A stretch of DNA of 64,000 nucleotides from Eledone cirrhosa (lineage: Eukaryota). Below are positions 42,700 to 56,393 of this stretch, one piece after another. Location: contig OZ024740.1 of NCBI GenBank assembly GCA_964016885.1, forward strand, positions 247,442,001-247,506,000. Direction: 5' to 3'. Every line of letters starts with the position of its first letter. The first letter of the stretch is position 1. A program made the translations under genes and the position numbers. The notes under the pieces were generated by a model. It made no database searches, was not told the DNA's origin, and saw only the letters and a program-made list of their open reading frames with translations.

Positions 42700-43680
42700 T
42701 ACGCTAGTCGTGGTTTCCTCAACAAGGTTCCGTGTCTCTGATACTGTAGATGGGGATGGAGGATGGAACCTCTACTATTCAGATGTGGCGCCAGAAATGA
42801 CTGCACAGGCGGGAGTAGGGATACTTTCAAGCCCCCGGCTGTCAGAATGTGTTATGGACTGGATCCCGTTTGGAGGGAGGATTTGGCTCCTGAAGCTCAG
42901 GCTGGAAGATAGTTCTTTGCGTGTGGTGCAAGTTTATACACCAAACAAGAAGTCCAAATGCAGGTCCTTTCTTGATGAAATCACTGCAGTCATATATCCA
43001 GATGGGAGACTTCAGTGCTGATGTTGGCGCTGACCTCCTGACATGGAAAGGATTGATTGAAAGGAAAGGTGACCACGATCTAAATACGAATAGAGAGGCT
43101 TTACTAGACTTCTGTTCTAACAATGAACTCTCTATTATGAACACCTTCTGCCAGCACAGAGACATCCATAAATATACATGGTGTAAGGGGAATTAGGGAT
43201 CAATAATTGATTTTGTTATTGTCTCTGATCTCTTCGATCCTGTGCTGGATGTTCCTGTTAAGAGAGATACTGAGCTGTCAACTGATCACCATCTAACTAC
43301 CTGCAACTTGAGGTTACCTAAAGCCAAAGCAGCTCACAAAACTGGCAGGTCCAGAACGAAAAGGCTTGGTGTGGTGGCAGTTGGCAGGAAGACCCCTTGG
43401 TTCAACCAAGAGGTCAAAGATGCCATCCGAGCAAAGAAGGAGGCTTACAAAGCTTGGCTTGCAAAGAAGTCCTCCTTCTTGCACTTGCAGTACAAGCAGG
43501 CACGACGAATCGCAGCAAAAACAGTAAAGGCGTCTAAAGACATGGCTGGACTTTGGGGTTAAGCTAGAATTCGATTTCAGATCAGCAAATAAAGTGTTCT
43601 GGCAGAACATCCGTTGACTTCGTAAAAAGAGGCCCTCCTTCACACCTGCTATGAAGAACGCGTCTGGTGTACTCCTCTCT
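42700..43680 (+). pseudogene. RTE-clade LINE fragment (AP-endonuclease region)
   Basis: AGVGIL, VVQVYTP, MGDFSADVG, LLDFCSNNELSIMNTF..HKYTW, IIDFVIV, STDHHL; frameshifts and internal deletion. Confidence 0.85.
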
Positions 43681-43974
43681 ACAGCGATTTTATGACCGCC
43701 TTTGCCGAAAATTAAGAACAAAATTTCCTTCTAACAAAGTGGATACGTAAATGCGTTCGTAAGTTTTATATCGAAGAATAATATTATTAATTTCGATTCG
43801 TTTGCAAGCATACAGCGTGAGAACCCTATGTATTTTAGACGTCTATCGTAATCCTTTTGTTCTAGAGTTAGCATAAAGAAAAATTCGACAATTGTTTCGG
43901 CCTTATTGTCCCTTGTCAAGATTGTGTATCTCTTCTTTTCTGCTACACATTAGAATTCTTGAGAATATATAGTA

Positions 43975-45232
43975 CTAGCTGGCCCGCCCGGCTGGGTATT
44001 CCGGCATTTTATGTTTTCAGGAATCCCCCCCCCCCCCCCCGCTCCACTCCAGTGCAAAGATACCGCACGCTCTCTAACGTCTGCGAGGTTGGGGTGTGGG
44101 GATTGGTGGTGGTTAACGTGCTCTGATATTGGGCTTGAATAGTTTTTAGGATTCCCCAGTTCAGCAGCCAGTACATTATAGAAAATTTATAGGTACAACA
44201 ATAAAAGCTGAACAGAGAACACATTTTTTAACAAACAATAATTTGTACAACCATAATGGAAATTCCAAGTAACAGAAAATACATAAATTACATTGTTAGA
44301 GCCTCAGAGTATACAATAATTTTTGTTCGGCCCTCCGGAGCAAAGATGAGGAGATTGTTTGGCGAGCTCACCGTAGAACATCCTACATACAATTGACCAT
44401 GGGAGAAGCATGGTTTTCCCAGATGAAGGCCAGCCACTTTTAGGGTTTGACCCTGAGCTTTGTTGATGGTAACGCGAAACTTAGTCATATTGGAAACGGA
44501 AGTCGCTTAACATGTCCTGTAAATGGCGAATGATTTCAAGTCTGGTTCCTGGGATGGCCCGATGGCGACGTATTGCTTGTGCATCTGCATCGCCAATGAG
44601 GTAGATTTACAAAAACTTGTGGTCTTCGTCGGTAAGAGGTAGAAGACTTCCAATCGTGTGGTACACTTGGCCCTCTACTTTAAACGTGGGCATGTATCCG
44701 TGCTTTCGTGAAATAAATAGGTTTTTGTGTATGCAAAAATATCTGTACACGAATATAAATATTAAAATAACAGATTAAAGTTTAAGCAAAGAATAGCTGC
44801 TTTCACCCTTAACGGGATCTTCTGAAATATTAAAATAACAGATTAAAGTTTAAGCAAAGTATCGCTGCTTTCACCCTTAACAAGATCTTCTTAAACTAAA
44901 AAAATCAATCTTTGAACGCAGAAGTAAATATTTCAAAAAACGTTATCTATTGCAGACAGCCATACATACAGAGGCATATTATAAGGGCGCGACAGAAAAA
45001 AAACAGACAGAAAAAGTGAGGAATGTCGTATAACCGGAAGTATTGAAATTTGAAATTTTAAAGAAGTGAATATTTAATTAACGTCTTTAATCTTTTAAAA
45101 AAATTCAGTAAAAAAAATTCATTTTTTTACTTGGAAAAAGTTACTTCTATGGTGTAAATTTGGTGCTGCTTGGTCCAACCGTTTGGCGAATAGTTTGTTA
45201 CCTACATACGGCCGTCAGCTTTATATTATAGA
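43975..45232 (-). mobile_element. Internally deleted Helitron
   Basis: 3' CTAG at 43975 with GC hairpin; 5' TCTATAATATAAAG at 45232; helicase tail (TINKAQGQT, FSHGQLYVG) abutting a Rep N-terminal piece (MPTFKVEGQVYH). Confidence 0.85.
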
Positions 45233-45665
45233 TTCTTTAATGTATACATCAGATGATTAGTATAATTTGCTTACCGAGCGAATTTACGGTTGGCTTTGCA
45301 GGCATTAAGAACAACATTTGTTTTTACCCTAACTCTAGCTGATACGTTAATACATTCGTGGTTTTTTTTATCGAATAATAATATTATTATAACAATATTA
45401 TAATAATATTCGATTCCTTTGCAAGCAAACCGTTTCCTAACGCCATGTGTTTTAGACGACTATCATCATCATTTTGTCCTAGCGATAGCCTAGAGGAACA
45501 AGACTGTGTATCACGCTCTCCTGCTATACACTAGAATAGCTGATTAGCCTCATTTGCATACAGAACAATTTTATTGCTGGCTTTGTGGAAAGCTAAAATC
45601 AAATTTTCGCTCTAACATAACGCATTCGTGAGTTTTTATATCGAATAATCATAATATCATAATAA

Positions 45666-45848
45666 TTGTTTCTACTTTAGGCACAAGGCCAGCAATTCAC
45701 CAGTGCATTACTGGTACTTTATGTTATCGACCCCGTAAGGATGAAAGGCAAAGTCAACCTCGGCGGGATTTGAACTCAGATCGTAAAGGCACGTAACTAT
45801 GCTGGAAAGCATGGCGTCCGACCCTCTACCAATACTGCCAATCCATCA
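45666..45848 (-). mobile_element. tRNA-derived SINE
   Basis: Full-length family copy; TSD ATCATAATAAT. Confidence 0.88.
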
Positions 45849-46289
45849 TAATAATATTGTTACTATTCCATTTGTTTGCAAGGAAACAGTCTCATAACGC
45901 CATGTGTTTTAGATGATATCGTGATCCTTTTGTTTTACCGTTAGTATAGAGAAACAATCGACAATTGTTACAGGATCATTGCCCCTTGTCATTCTTTCTC
46001 TATTCTACTGCTAGAACAAAAGGATAACGACAGTCCCCTAAAACACATGGTTTTATGAGTATGTTTGTTTGCAAAGGAATTGGATATTAATAATATTATT
46101 ATCTTCTATATATATAAAACAGAAGATGTCTGTTTGTGTAACTGCATGCATTTCTACATTTTACAACCGATTTGCAACAGATTTCATACATAGGTTTCTG
46201 AAGTCCTATTACGCGTCGTAGGCTATTTTATTTTTCCGTACATCAATTGTGGGGGCCCCCAGAGGCAGGTAGCCCCTTAAGCCTCTCCC

Positions 46290-46772
46290 TTCGACTTATC
46301 TATTGAAGTTCACATTAACACCTGATAACTTTTGAAGTTTACGTTCGATCGTTGTTTTCACTTTCAAAACAACAATCATCGTCGGATGAAATTTCAGAAA
46401 TGTAAACATCTGATTCATTTGAAGATAAATCACTAATATTATCTTTTGTTTCTTGTTTATTTTGAATGTGGTCGTGTGTATAATCTTGAAAATCGGTATC
46501 GCTACTTTCATAAGCCATGTTGATACAAACAAAAAATCTGTTCTACTTTCAATGTTAAAAAAACACCTGTTGTTTTAAGTTGTTTCACTATATTAAGTGT
46601 TAATTTTCGCGGTAAGGGCCTAATCTCGCAGTAATCTCGAATTGACGAGATTTTGATGACGGTATTGTTTATTTTTAGAACGATATTTAAGTGTGGGTGT
46701 TACGGCGGTTTTGGGCGGTTTGAACAAATGAAGGTGAAATAAATTCGGCCGTTTTGATCTCTAACGGGTTAA
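46290..46772 (-). mobile_element. Possible piggyBac-like left-end fragment inside Helitron
   Basis: Minus strand TTAA|CCCGTTAG start, then an ATG at 46518 opening an acidic Ser/Asp-rich peptide (MAYESSDTDFQD...EISSDDD). Confidence 0.4.
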
Positions 46773-47057
46773 AGGAAGTTTAGTTAATGTGTTTATGGTC
46801 ATAAGGTTCCAGTTTATCATGCTGTGATTTTTAGGCCATTTTTGCCCGTATCCTTTCAATGGTTAGTACTTACTTTGCGTTGCCAATAACTTAAAACCTG
46901 AAATTTGACTGGTACACAAAATCATGCAAAACATACCCACCTTCTCAGACCACATAGATTTATCACATTTTTTCACAATTTATATCCGTGTTTTTTGCTT
47001 ACTTAAACGTTATTTCTCCACTATTTATCGTTCTCCCTGGTTAATTTTCTAAAAACA

Positions 47058-50000
47058 ATGCCCCCCCCCCCTCCAAAAAAAGAACTCTCATTGGTCAATT
47101 ATCTAATGATGCAAGTAGGTCTAAGCGAAGGCGTCTCACCGAAGATGTAAATGCAACTGTGATCAGGCTCTCACAGAACGCTGTGCAGACGGCAGCTGCA
47201 AGAGCGGAGGAGGATGACAGTCGGCGTGAACTTCGACGGAACAAAAGTGCATCCACGACTGCTGCTGCTCTCGCACGAGAGGATAAAGGACGACGTGCCG
47301 TTCGACGAAGGAGGGACGCCACTGCCCCTGCTGCTGCACGAAATACTGAAACCATAGAGCAACGACGTGGCCGACTTCTGCAAAGTGAACAGCGGCGATC
47401 ATTGTTACATGGCATTTCTAGATCTTGCAATTCACGATGGTTGTTGAAGGCCTTTAATTACGACCCCTCCTCCGACTAAGCCGTCCATGCAGATATTCAA
47501 ATTGGGGAAATGACCTCTACTTGCCAGTTTTGGCGTACGAAAAAGTGGCCAGGGAAGAGCGATGGAATGTGCTGTTCAAACGGTAAAGTTAGACTACCTC
47601 CTATTCACGACTCTCCAGAGACATTGCAACTCCTTTTGACAGACACAACGGAGGAATCATCGAAGTTTCAGCGTAATATCCGCCGCTACAATTCCGCCTG
47701 TTCAGATGATATCCTTCAGAGGACAGCCCGCCTCGGAACGTGGGTTCATGCCAACATTCAAGGTCCAGGGGCAGATCTACCACTTGATTGGTTCTATTCA
47801 GCCCCTTCCGTTATACTTCGTTGGAAACTATCAGGAGCAGGCAGAGATGCGAAACTCTATTTCGTCCGAAACTAACATTGGAACCATGTTAAAACTTCAA
47901 GAAATGCTTCACAACAAAAAACAGCTATGTTCGCAGTTTCAAGTACGCTTCGAAAACAGCCACCGACCAATACTTTAGTGTGGTCATACATGCTGACCGA
48001 AGGCCATCTGGAGAACACGCTGGTCGGTTCAACGCACCAACATGTAATGAGATTGCTGCAGTTATTTGTGGTGAACAGCACAGCAAGAGAGATATCACAT
48101 TACAGCACATTACAGCGTATCAATGAGACACATAGGTCCTACGATGCACTCCAGTATCCATTGCTATTTGTCGACGGCGAGGACGGATACGATTTCGGTA
48201 TTCCTCAACATTCGGCAGGCAATGGTGAGGCACATCTTAGGAAAACTGTCACCTGCATGGATTTCTACGCTTTCCGATTTATGGTAAGGGACAATTCATT
48301 CAACCATCTACACCGTTCTCGGGACCTTTTCCAACAATTTGCTGTTGATATGGCCGTTAAAATGGATTCCGAGAGATTATGGTTCATTAAATTAAATCAA
48401 AAGCAACTTCGATCTGAATGCTACATTCATCTACGCGATGGAATTAACAACGACGTATCCCCAGACAATTTAGGGCAAGTGTGTATTTTGCCTTCAACGT
48501 TCAAAGAGGGACCCCGATACATGCACGAGAGGACTCAGGACGCCATGTCTTACGTACGACATTATGGGCGCCCGACCTTTTCATAACGTTTACATGCAAT
48601 CCCAAGTGGAAGGAGATTACAAACGAACTGTTCCACGGTCAAGCGCCAAGACACAGGCACGATCTCATAGCAAGAGTGTTTCGCCTGAAATTATCCAAAT
48701 TAATGGATTTATTAAAGAAAGGACAGGTTTGGGGGCCTGCCAGGTGCGACATGTACACGGTTGAATGGCAGAAACGAGGGCTGCTGCATGCCCATATCTT
48801 GATTTGGTTGGTTACAAAAATCAGTTCAAACTACATCGAAAAATTCATTTCTGCCGAAATACCTGATCTGTTGATTGACAAGGACCTCTTCTCTATAGTC
48901 ACATCAAACATGGTCCTTGGTCCTTGCGGACATGGACTCAATATGAAGTCCCCGTGCATACACGACGGAAAGTGTACAAAACGATATCCCAGGCCGTATT
49001 TACAGGAAACACAGTCCGGCGGTGACGGATATCCGTTGTATAGGCGCAGGAGACCTGAAGACGGTGGGTTCACAGTAAAAGTTGGTGAACGCGAAATCGA
49101 CAACAGCTGGATAGTGCCATATTTCCCCCTCCTTTTGAAAGCGTTCAACTCCCATATAAACGTCGAATTTTGCAACTCAGTAAAATCAAATAAATACGTT
49201 TGTAAGTACGTAAACAAGGGATCGGATGCTGCCGTCGTTGGTCTTCGTCATGAAAACAGTAGAGACGAGGTATCTGACTACCAAGCAGGCCGATACATTA
49301 GCAGCAATGAAGCCTTTTGGCGCGTTTTTAGCTTCCCACTGCACCAACGACACGCCGTCAGTAAACAACTTGCCGTTCACCTTCAATACGGTCAACGGGT
49401 GTATTTCAATGATGCAACAGCTGCTCAGCTAGCGATCTCACCAAAGGAAACTACACTCACCGCTTTTTTCAAACTTTGTCAACACGACGACTTCGCTCGA
49501 ACTCTGCTGTATTCTGAAATACCGTCTTACTATACATGGAACCGGACAAAATGGCTACGAAGGAAGGTAGGACAAGAGGTGGTTGGACATCCAGGCATCA
49601 AATTCGATAATTGCCTTGGGTGAGTTTATACGGTCCATCCTGCCCAACACGAATGCTTCTACCTGCGACTTCTGCTTCATGAGGTAAGAGGGCCGACTAG
49701 CTTCACTCATCTGAGAACCGTCGATGGATAAGCCTGCGGAACGTACAGGGAAGCCTGCCTGAGGCATGGACTTTTAGAAGATGACGCACAATGGGATGCA
49801 ACCTTGACGGAAGCTGCCATCTCACAATCATCCCGTAGTCTAAGAGCATTTTTTACTATCCTCCTGCACGTCTGTGAATTGAGCGATCCTTACTCTTTAT
49901 GGCAAAAGTTTAAAGATGATTTGGCAGACGAATATAGGCGTCTCGCTCAATTGCAATCTCAAAACTTAGATGTCGGCTTTTCAGACGCTATATATAACAG

Positions 50001-51396
50001 AGCTCTGATCGATATTGAAGACAGAGTGACTTCAATGGGCTGAGATGTCTTGGAGAAATATGGGCTTCCGCAAACACTTCGAGATGCGCCATCTGACATT
50101 CACAACGACATTATACGTGAAACGATATATGATGTCGACGAACTCAAATGGTATGTTGAAGAGAATGAACCAAAACTGCTAATGGATCAAAAACAAGCCT
50201 ACAACAGTGTCGTTGATTCCATCCGTAATCCGGGAGGGGGTATATTCTTTCTGGACGTACCTGGAGGCATGGGCAAAACATTTGTAATCAAACTTTTACT
50301 CGCTGCAGTGAGGTAACACGGAAACATCGCATTGGCCGTGGCTTCTTCCGGCATTGCAGCAACTTTGCTGCCTGGTGGCAGGACGGCCCATTCTGCCTTC
50401 AGTCTTCCTCTCAACGTGGCATCATCTCAGACACCCACGTGCAAAATCAGCAAGTCTTCCGGAAGAGCGCTGGTGTTAAAGCGCTGCCTATTAATTGTTT
50501 GGGACGAATACACAATAGCCCACAGTGCGGCTTTCGAGGCATTAGACCGGTCACTCAGAGACATCAGGGACTGTCAAGAACCAATGGGAGGTGTCACTTT
50601 ACTGTTATCTGGGGATTTCGAGAGACTCTGCCTGTAATCCCAAAGGGTACGCTGGCTGATGAGGTTGGTGCATGCCTTAAGGCCTCCCTACTTTGGCGTT
50701 ATGTAAGAAAGCTGATGCTTACAACAAACCTGAGAGCACAACTGCAAGGTGATGAGACGTCTGTTTTTCCTAATCTTGAGAACTACACAAACCAAGAGTG
50801 GTTAGCTTCGAAAAACCACATAGTTGGAAGCATCAATGAACAGCTCATGCTGTGCTTGCCTGGAAACCTGCACGTCTACAAGTCCCTTGACTCTATGGCT
50901 GATCTGGACGAAGTTGTTAATTACCCCACAGAATTTCTTAACTTCCTAGACCCTCCCGGATTGCCACCACACTTACTGTGACTTAAGAAAGGTGCCCCCT
51001 GTCATGCTCCTCAGAAATTTGGAACCCCGAAGGCTTTCCAACGGCACGCGTCTGGTCATCCAAAAGGCGATGCCTCATGTTATTGAGGCAACAATACTTA
51101 CAGGATGTGGTAAGGGGGATACTGTCTTTATACCAAGGATACCTCTCATTTCATCCGGTAAAGACATTCCTTTCACATTCAGAAGGCTGCAATTCCCTCT
51201 CCGACTCAGTTTCGCCATGTCGATTAACAAATCACAGGGTCAGACGCTGACGATCTTAGGGCTTAATTTAGAAGAACCGTGCTTCTCCCATGGTCAACTA
51301 TATGTTGGCTGCTCTCGAGTAGGGAGCCGACATAACCTATTTGCTTTTTCAGCTCGCGAGAAAACCCAAAATATAGTCTATAAGGAAGTTTTGTAG
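47058..51396 (+). pseudogene. Helitron RepHel pseudogene
   Basis: CCSNGKV, EWQKRGLLHAH (HUH), KYVCKYVNKGSD (Y2), DVPGGMGKT (Walker A), IVWDE, FAMSINKSQGQT, FSHGQLYVG; multiple stops and frameshifts. Confidence 0.93.
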
Positions 51397-51774
51397 GCAC
51401 CCCATCCGCCTACAGGTAATCGCTGTTTTCTTTTTCTTTTGTATAAGTGCTTACATTTGCTGCATCCGTGTGCTATTTTGTCCTTTTGAAAATACCACGG
51501 ACGCCTCTCTGGTTGCTTTTGCTATACGTTATAAATGTTCAATGTCTCCGTTTTCCGCATTCATATGTTGCTAATACGCTTTGCTATCGATGTTCAGTAG
51601 TTTTAACCTAATTAATCTATTTTTCCCTCCATCTTATTTACACATTTTTTTGACATTCCAGCGTGATCTTGCCAATGCCGTTTTTGTGGCCACCGACTGT
51701 TACATGCTTTTCTAGGTTACAATCTCAAATAACAAGCAAAGCAAATTCGACACACCAAAGTGGTGTGAAGGACT

Positions 51775-52000
51775 TCTTAAGGGCCACCACCTCTAATCGG
51801 AGTCGTCTTTGCTGACAGCTCTGCCGTTGAGACTTTTAAGAGTGAACGATCCAAGGCCCTATTCAGGGCCACCAAGTTTAAATTGTTACCATCGGATTCA
51901 TCTTTGCTGGCAGCACCGCCGCAGAGATATTTCAAAGTGAACGTTCAAATGCCATCTTTAGGGCCAACACCTATAAATTGTTACTTCTATAGTCGTGTTT
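51775..52000 (+). repeat. ~85-95 bp degenerate tandem repeat in Helitron 3' region
   Basis: AGGGCCA(C/A)CA...TCTTTGCTG...AGTGAACG recurs about 2.5 times. Confidence 0.6.
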
Positions 52001-52333
52001 AACGGAAGTCTTTCGGTTCATTTGAACAACTCCATTGAGAGTTATACCGGGAAACGCCGGGTACCTATGCTAGTTTGATATAAAACTCACGAATGCATTT
52101 ATATGTATGTATGGTTCCATAACTCTTGATAGAGTCGTAGGGACGCCGTATTGACATACGGCGTCTCTTGGACATGTTAAGCCTGCTGGAGCCCATCCCT
52201 CTACAGGCCTGAGTACAGAAAATTACTTCCGGAGAGAGGATGAAATGCTAAGTTGACCTTGGTGGGATTTGAACTCAGAGAGCAGAGAGCCGGAACGAAT
52301 ATCATGAAGCATTCTATCCGTGCACCAGCGTGC

Positions 52334-52396
<63 letters not shown>

Positions 52397-52580
52397 TCAA
52401 TCAGATGTAACCACAGTTAGTTATGTACTCTAGTGTAAACATAATGTTCTATATAGAAAAGGATTGTACAGGACTAGAACTGTTCCATTCAAAAGAAATC
52501 ATCAGGAAAGAAATTTCCTTATGATTTCATTTGAATGAAACAGTTCTAGTCCTGTAGAAGCCATTTCTATATCAAACATC

Positions 52581-52699
<119 letters not shown>

Positions 52700-52833
52700 G
52701 AAGGAAATCTGGCAAGGAACTGGCAAGTTCAGCTACCCCTACCTTCCACAAAATGCCATGAGAGAATCATGTGTCTCAACAACAAACTTTTGACCAATCC
52801 TTGTGACAATCACTTTTACCATATATGGAATTA

Positions 52834-52927
52834 CCCCCTGAGAAGTTCGGCTATTCATTTACCAGGATAAAAACTTTCATTTAGTCCAGAGTTATCCGTC
52901 GAAACGGCTTGAGCTCAGCCGTCGGAG
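52834..52927 (+). ncRNA. Hammerhead-like motif with long stem III
   Basis: CCC-CTGAGAA-G...C-GAAA-CGGCT-TGAGCTC-AGCCG-TC-GGAG; one core mismatch. Confidence 0.55.
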
Positions 52928-53280
52928 TCCTACTCGTTCCTATATATATACATATATATATATATGTGTTTGGTATGTATATTTAATCTTGATAATTTGT
53001 ATAATTTTGTATAATTTTGTACATAGATCTGTTGAATATGCATACCAATTCTAACACATATATATCCTAGAAACGATCGTTAAATAATGAACTTTTTTTG
53101 TTTAATATAAGGAATTGTTTATTCATTATTTGTTTAATATTTTATCTTGACTCTGTATACCGTTTATCTTTCACCGAAAGTGGTTTTTCATTACATCTCT
53201 TCTTTCCATGATATCCGGAATACATTGAGTTCTTCATACGGATTGGACACTACCGTAAACTCTTGGTAGATTTATCTACA

Positions 53281-53351
<71 letters not shown>

Positions 53352-53876
53352 GGGGTAACAGATTATTGTTATAGGTAGTCCAGTTATGGTACTCTGGGTA
53401 GTGGATGATATCAACGCTTGGCTAAGTTTGACTCAACAAGGCGTTTCCATAGTGATGTTGCGAGTACGCTGTAATTCCTATCTTGTAAACACTTGGAGTA
53501 ATACATGTCAATTTTATACATCTGCCTCATGTCAGTTAGTTTTACATGCTAAAATCGTATATATACTACACATCCCACCTTGATTGATGTTGTGATTATT
53601 TCAATTATTTCAAATAATTTATTGCTAGCATTGTTAGTATTGTTGTTATTGTTCTGATTGAATGCCATTACTACTATATATAGTAGCCATGCCTGTATAT
53701 TCCTTTCATTCTCACAAGCTACGATGAATTGACTGGTTATAACTTTGTATTGGTGATCGAATAATGTGAAAACAAGCGGGTAGCTATCTCTAGACCTACC
53801 AGTTCAGAGAAACAATTGTCAGCAATGAGATTAAAAACCTTTTTTGTATAGCAAACCGTGTCACTCTTCTTTCCTG

Positions 53877-53889
<13 letters not shown>

Positions 53890-53911
<22 letters not shown>

Positions 53912-54243
53912 ATAAAATCAAAAGATGGTTAAAAGAGATCCATGTATTTTATTATGCGCATTTCAAAAACAAATATCATCATGGGATTATATTTGCGTTC
54001 TCATCAGATAAAATAGGGCGACATCATATGAAGCTTAAAAAACACTTGCGAGCAGTGAAGTGTTAAATCAACATATGAAAAATAAAATAAGAGGGATACA
54101 TGAGATTGGAAAAAAGGAAAGGAAGGGGTGGGGAAGAAAAGGTAAGGAAGAGGAAGAAAAAATATAGATAGAAGAAAAAAATATAATAATAAGGAAAGGA
54201 TGACGGAGGAGGAGTATAAGAAGGAAGGATGAGAGAGGAGGAG

Positions 54244-54318
<75 letters not shown>

Positions 54319-55555
54319 ATTTAATACAGAGAAAAATAAAAAAAAACATTGTAAGATAATACATAATTTTAAAAAAATTAAGAAATTAAAAGTTAATGAG
54401 GTTTATGAATGGTGATGCCTATGATTAAAGAAAAAGGAATTAAGAATACTATTTATTTAAGGTTTATATATTGATGGGTTTAATAAGATGTGCGAAAAGG
54501 AATTTATTAAAATATATTATTAAAATAAAATATATTAAGAAGATAAGGAGAAAGAAGATAAGGTGAAATGAATTATGAACTTAGAGGAATTAATTAGGGT
54601 CCAAGTTTGTTTCTATATATTGTAATAGGAAAAAGTAAATAATAGATTTAATACGAGCATGGAAGGAGAGAAGAAAGAAAAAATTCAAGGAAGAAAAGAT
54701 ATATAACGTCAAAAAAAATGTTTACAACATTTTTCTAATGGTAATATTAGTATATATTAAAAGTAAAAATGTGTGTGGCCGAGAATATAAGAAAATGATA
54801 TAGTCAGTTATAAGATGAATTAAGAAGTAATTGAGAAGTAAAAGTTGCAGATTAAAGATTAGAAATAAAAATTAAAAAATTAGGGGACCGCTAACGACAT
54901 AGTATGAGTAATATTGTATAATATACTGAAATAAGGTAGAAAGATGGGTATATTTGTAAAAAATATAAAAGAGTTTGAGAAAAAAAAAAAGATTTAAAAC
55001 TAATTAGGTAGTAAGATATTAGCTGTATACTTTATGGAAAGTTCTATGGGATTTATGCAAGCAGAGCGAAAATAAATCCGTACGTCTATTTATTCTAGAA
55101 TTAACATTAGAGATAATGGTAAATTTCTCCGCTAGGCAGAGATTACATGTTCTGGATAGGGAAGAATTAAGATAAGGTGAGGCGTTGCAAACCTTTCTCC
55201 AAGAAATGTTGTAGTTAATATTTTTGTCCTTTAAGGACCATATGAGTTCTGAGAGTGCTGTGTTAGTTCTTTTAAGTTGGTATTTAAAAGAACTGTGATT
55301 ATAAAATCTTGCCCTAAAGGAAGTGGAACCAAACCTTCCTTTCCTTTTTTCCAATCTCATATATCTCTCTTATTTTATTTTTCATATGTTGATTTAACAC
55401 TTCACTGCCGGCAAGTGTTTTTTAAGCTTCATATGATGTCTCCCTATTTTATCTGATGAGAACGCAAATATCATCCCATGATGATATTTGTTTTTGAAAT
55501 GCGCATAAGAAAATACATGGAACTCTTTTAACCATCTTTTGATTTTATATTATTT
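53890..55555 (-). mobile_element. 5'-truncated Penelope-like element with inverted terminal repeat
   Basis: GIY-YIG C-terminal half at 55019-55335 (RARFYNH, CNLCLAEK); 53905-54125 inverted with 55335-55552. Confidence 0.85.
53945..54014 (-). ncRNA. Minimal type I hammerhead ribozyme motif with intact core
   Basis: Minus strand TATTTTAT-CTGATGA-GAACGCAAATAT...ATATTTGTTTTT-GAAA-TGCGCA-TA-ATAAAATA; mirror copy at 55446-55515 (+). Confidence 0.8.
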
Positions 55556-55636
55556 ATACTCCAGTCCTATAAACTGTTGAGTGCTACTTATCCGATATTT
55601 GCATTGCTTTATTGTGCTACAATAAAACTCACCTCC

Positions 55637-55696
<60 letters not shown>

Positions 55697-55703
<7 letters not shown>

Positions 55704-56353
55704 CATGAGAAGAAAGAAGAATACTGCGTGGTTGCACATGGGTTACATATGATAAAAACAGTCCTTCGTCAGTGATTTTCCAACCATCATTGATATTTCA
55801 TCGCATTAAAAATCATATACCTCAGGTTGGTGCGAGCAATAGCTAAATAAAGCTATTGGGACAAGTAAATCGCGTAAAGCGAATGAGACAAGTAAACAAC
55901 ATAGAAGGATGAAAGCAACGCAAAGATAGGGATAAACAAGCAACATGGTTATCCGGTCAGCATAAACTGGGTGGATTTCATGAGCGATCGTGATACAGAC
56001 CGTCCGACGTGAGTGAGATGTGAGCAAGAAGAGAACCCACTACAATCCAAACGGGAAGAAGTGAGAAGGGGAGAAACAGAGAGTGAGTGAGTGGAAGTGC
56101 GAGGAAGAGGTCAGTCGAGAGAAAGTGTAACTGACAGAGGGGGCGAAAGAAGGTGAGAGCAACAGAGAGAACGGGGAAGCAGTAAGAGAGAAACAGACAA
56201 ACGCAGCCGAGGTAAATATATATAAAAAACATGAGAAGAAAGAAGAATACTGCGTGGTTGCACATGGGTTACATATGATAAAAATAGTCCTTCGTCAGTG
56301 ATTTTCCAACCATCATTGATATTTCATCGCATTAAAAATCATATACCTCAGGT

Positions 56354-56355
<2 letters not shown>
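55697..56355. repeat. Coding-free unit with ~133 bp terminal direct repeats (period 526 bp) in (TA)n
   Basis: 55697-55829 nearly identical to 56223-56355; CTGACGA on minus strand but no clear downstream GAAA. Confidence 0.75.

Positions 56356-56389
<34 letters not shown>

Positions 56390-56393
<4 letters not shown>

Larger units (their letters stand above)
46102..52073 (+). mobile_element. Near full-length Helitron (second family), non-functional
   Basis: A|TC 5' end at 46102, CCGGGAAACGCCGG hairpin and CTAG|T at 52070-52073; flanks rejoin into one repeat copy; no TSD. Confidence 0.92.

Noticed and set aside
49621-50043. In-frame TGA codons in Helitron RepHel as possible selenocysteine/readthrough
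   Set aside because: The one at 49621 replaces the usual Arg of GRVYTVHP (CGA to TGA decay) and the ORF has many frameshifts.
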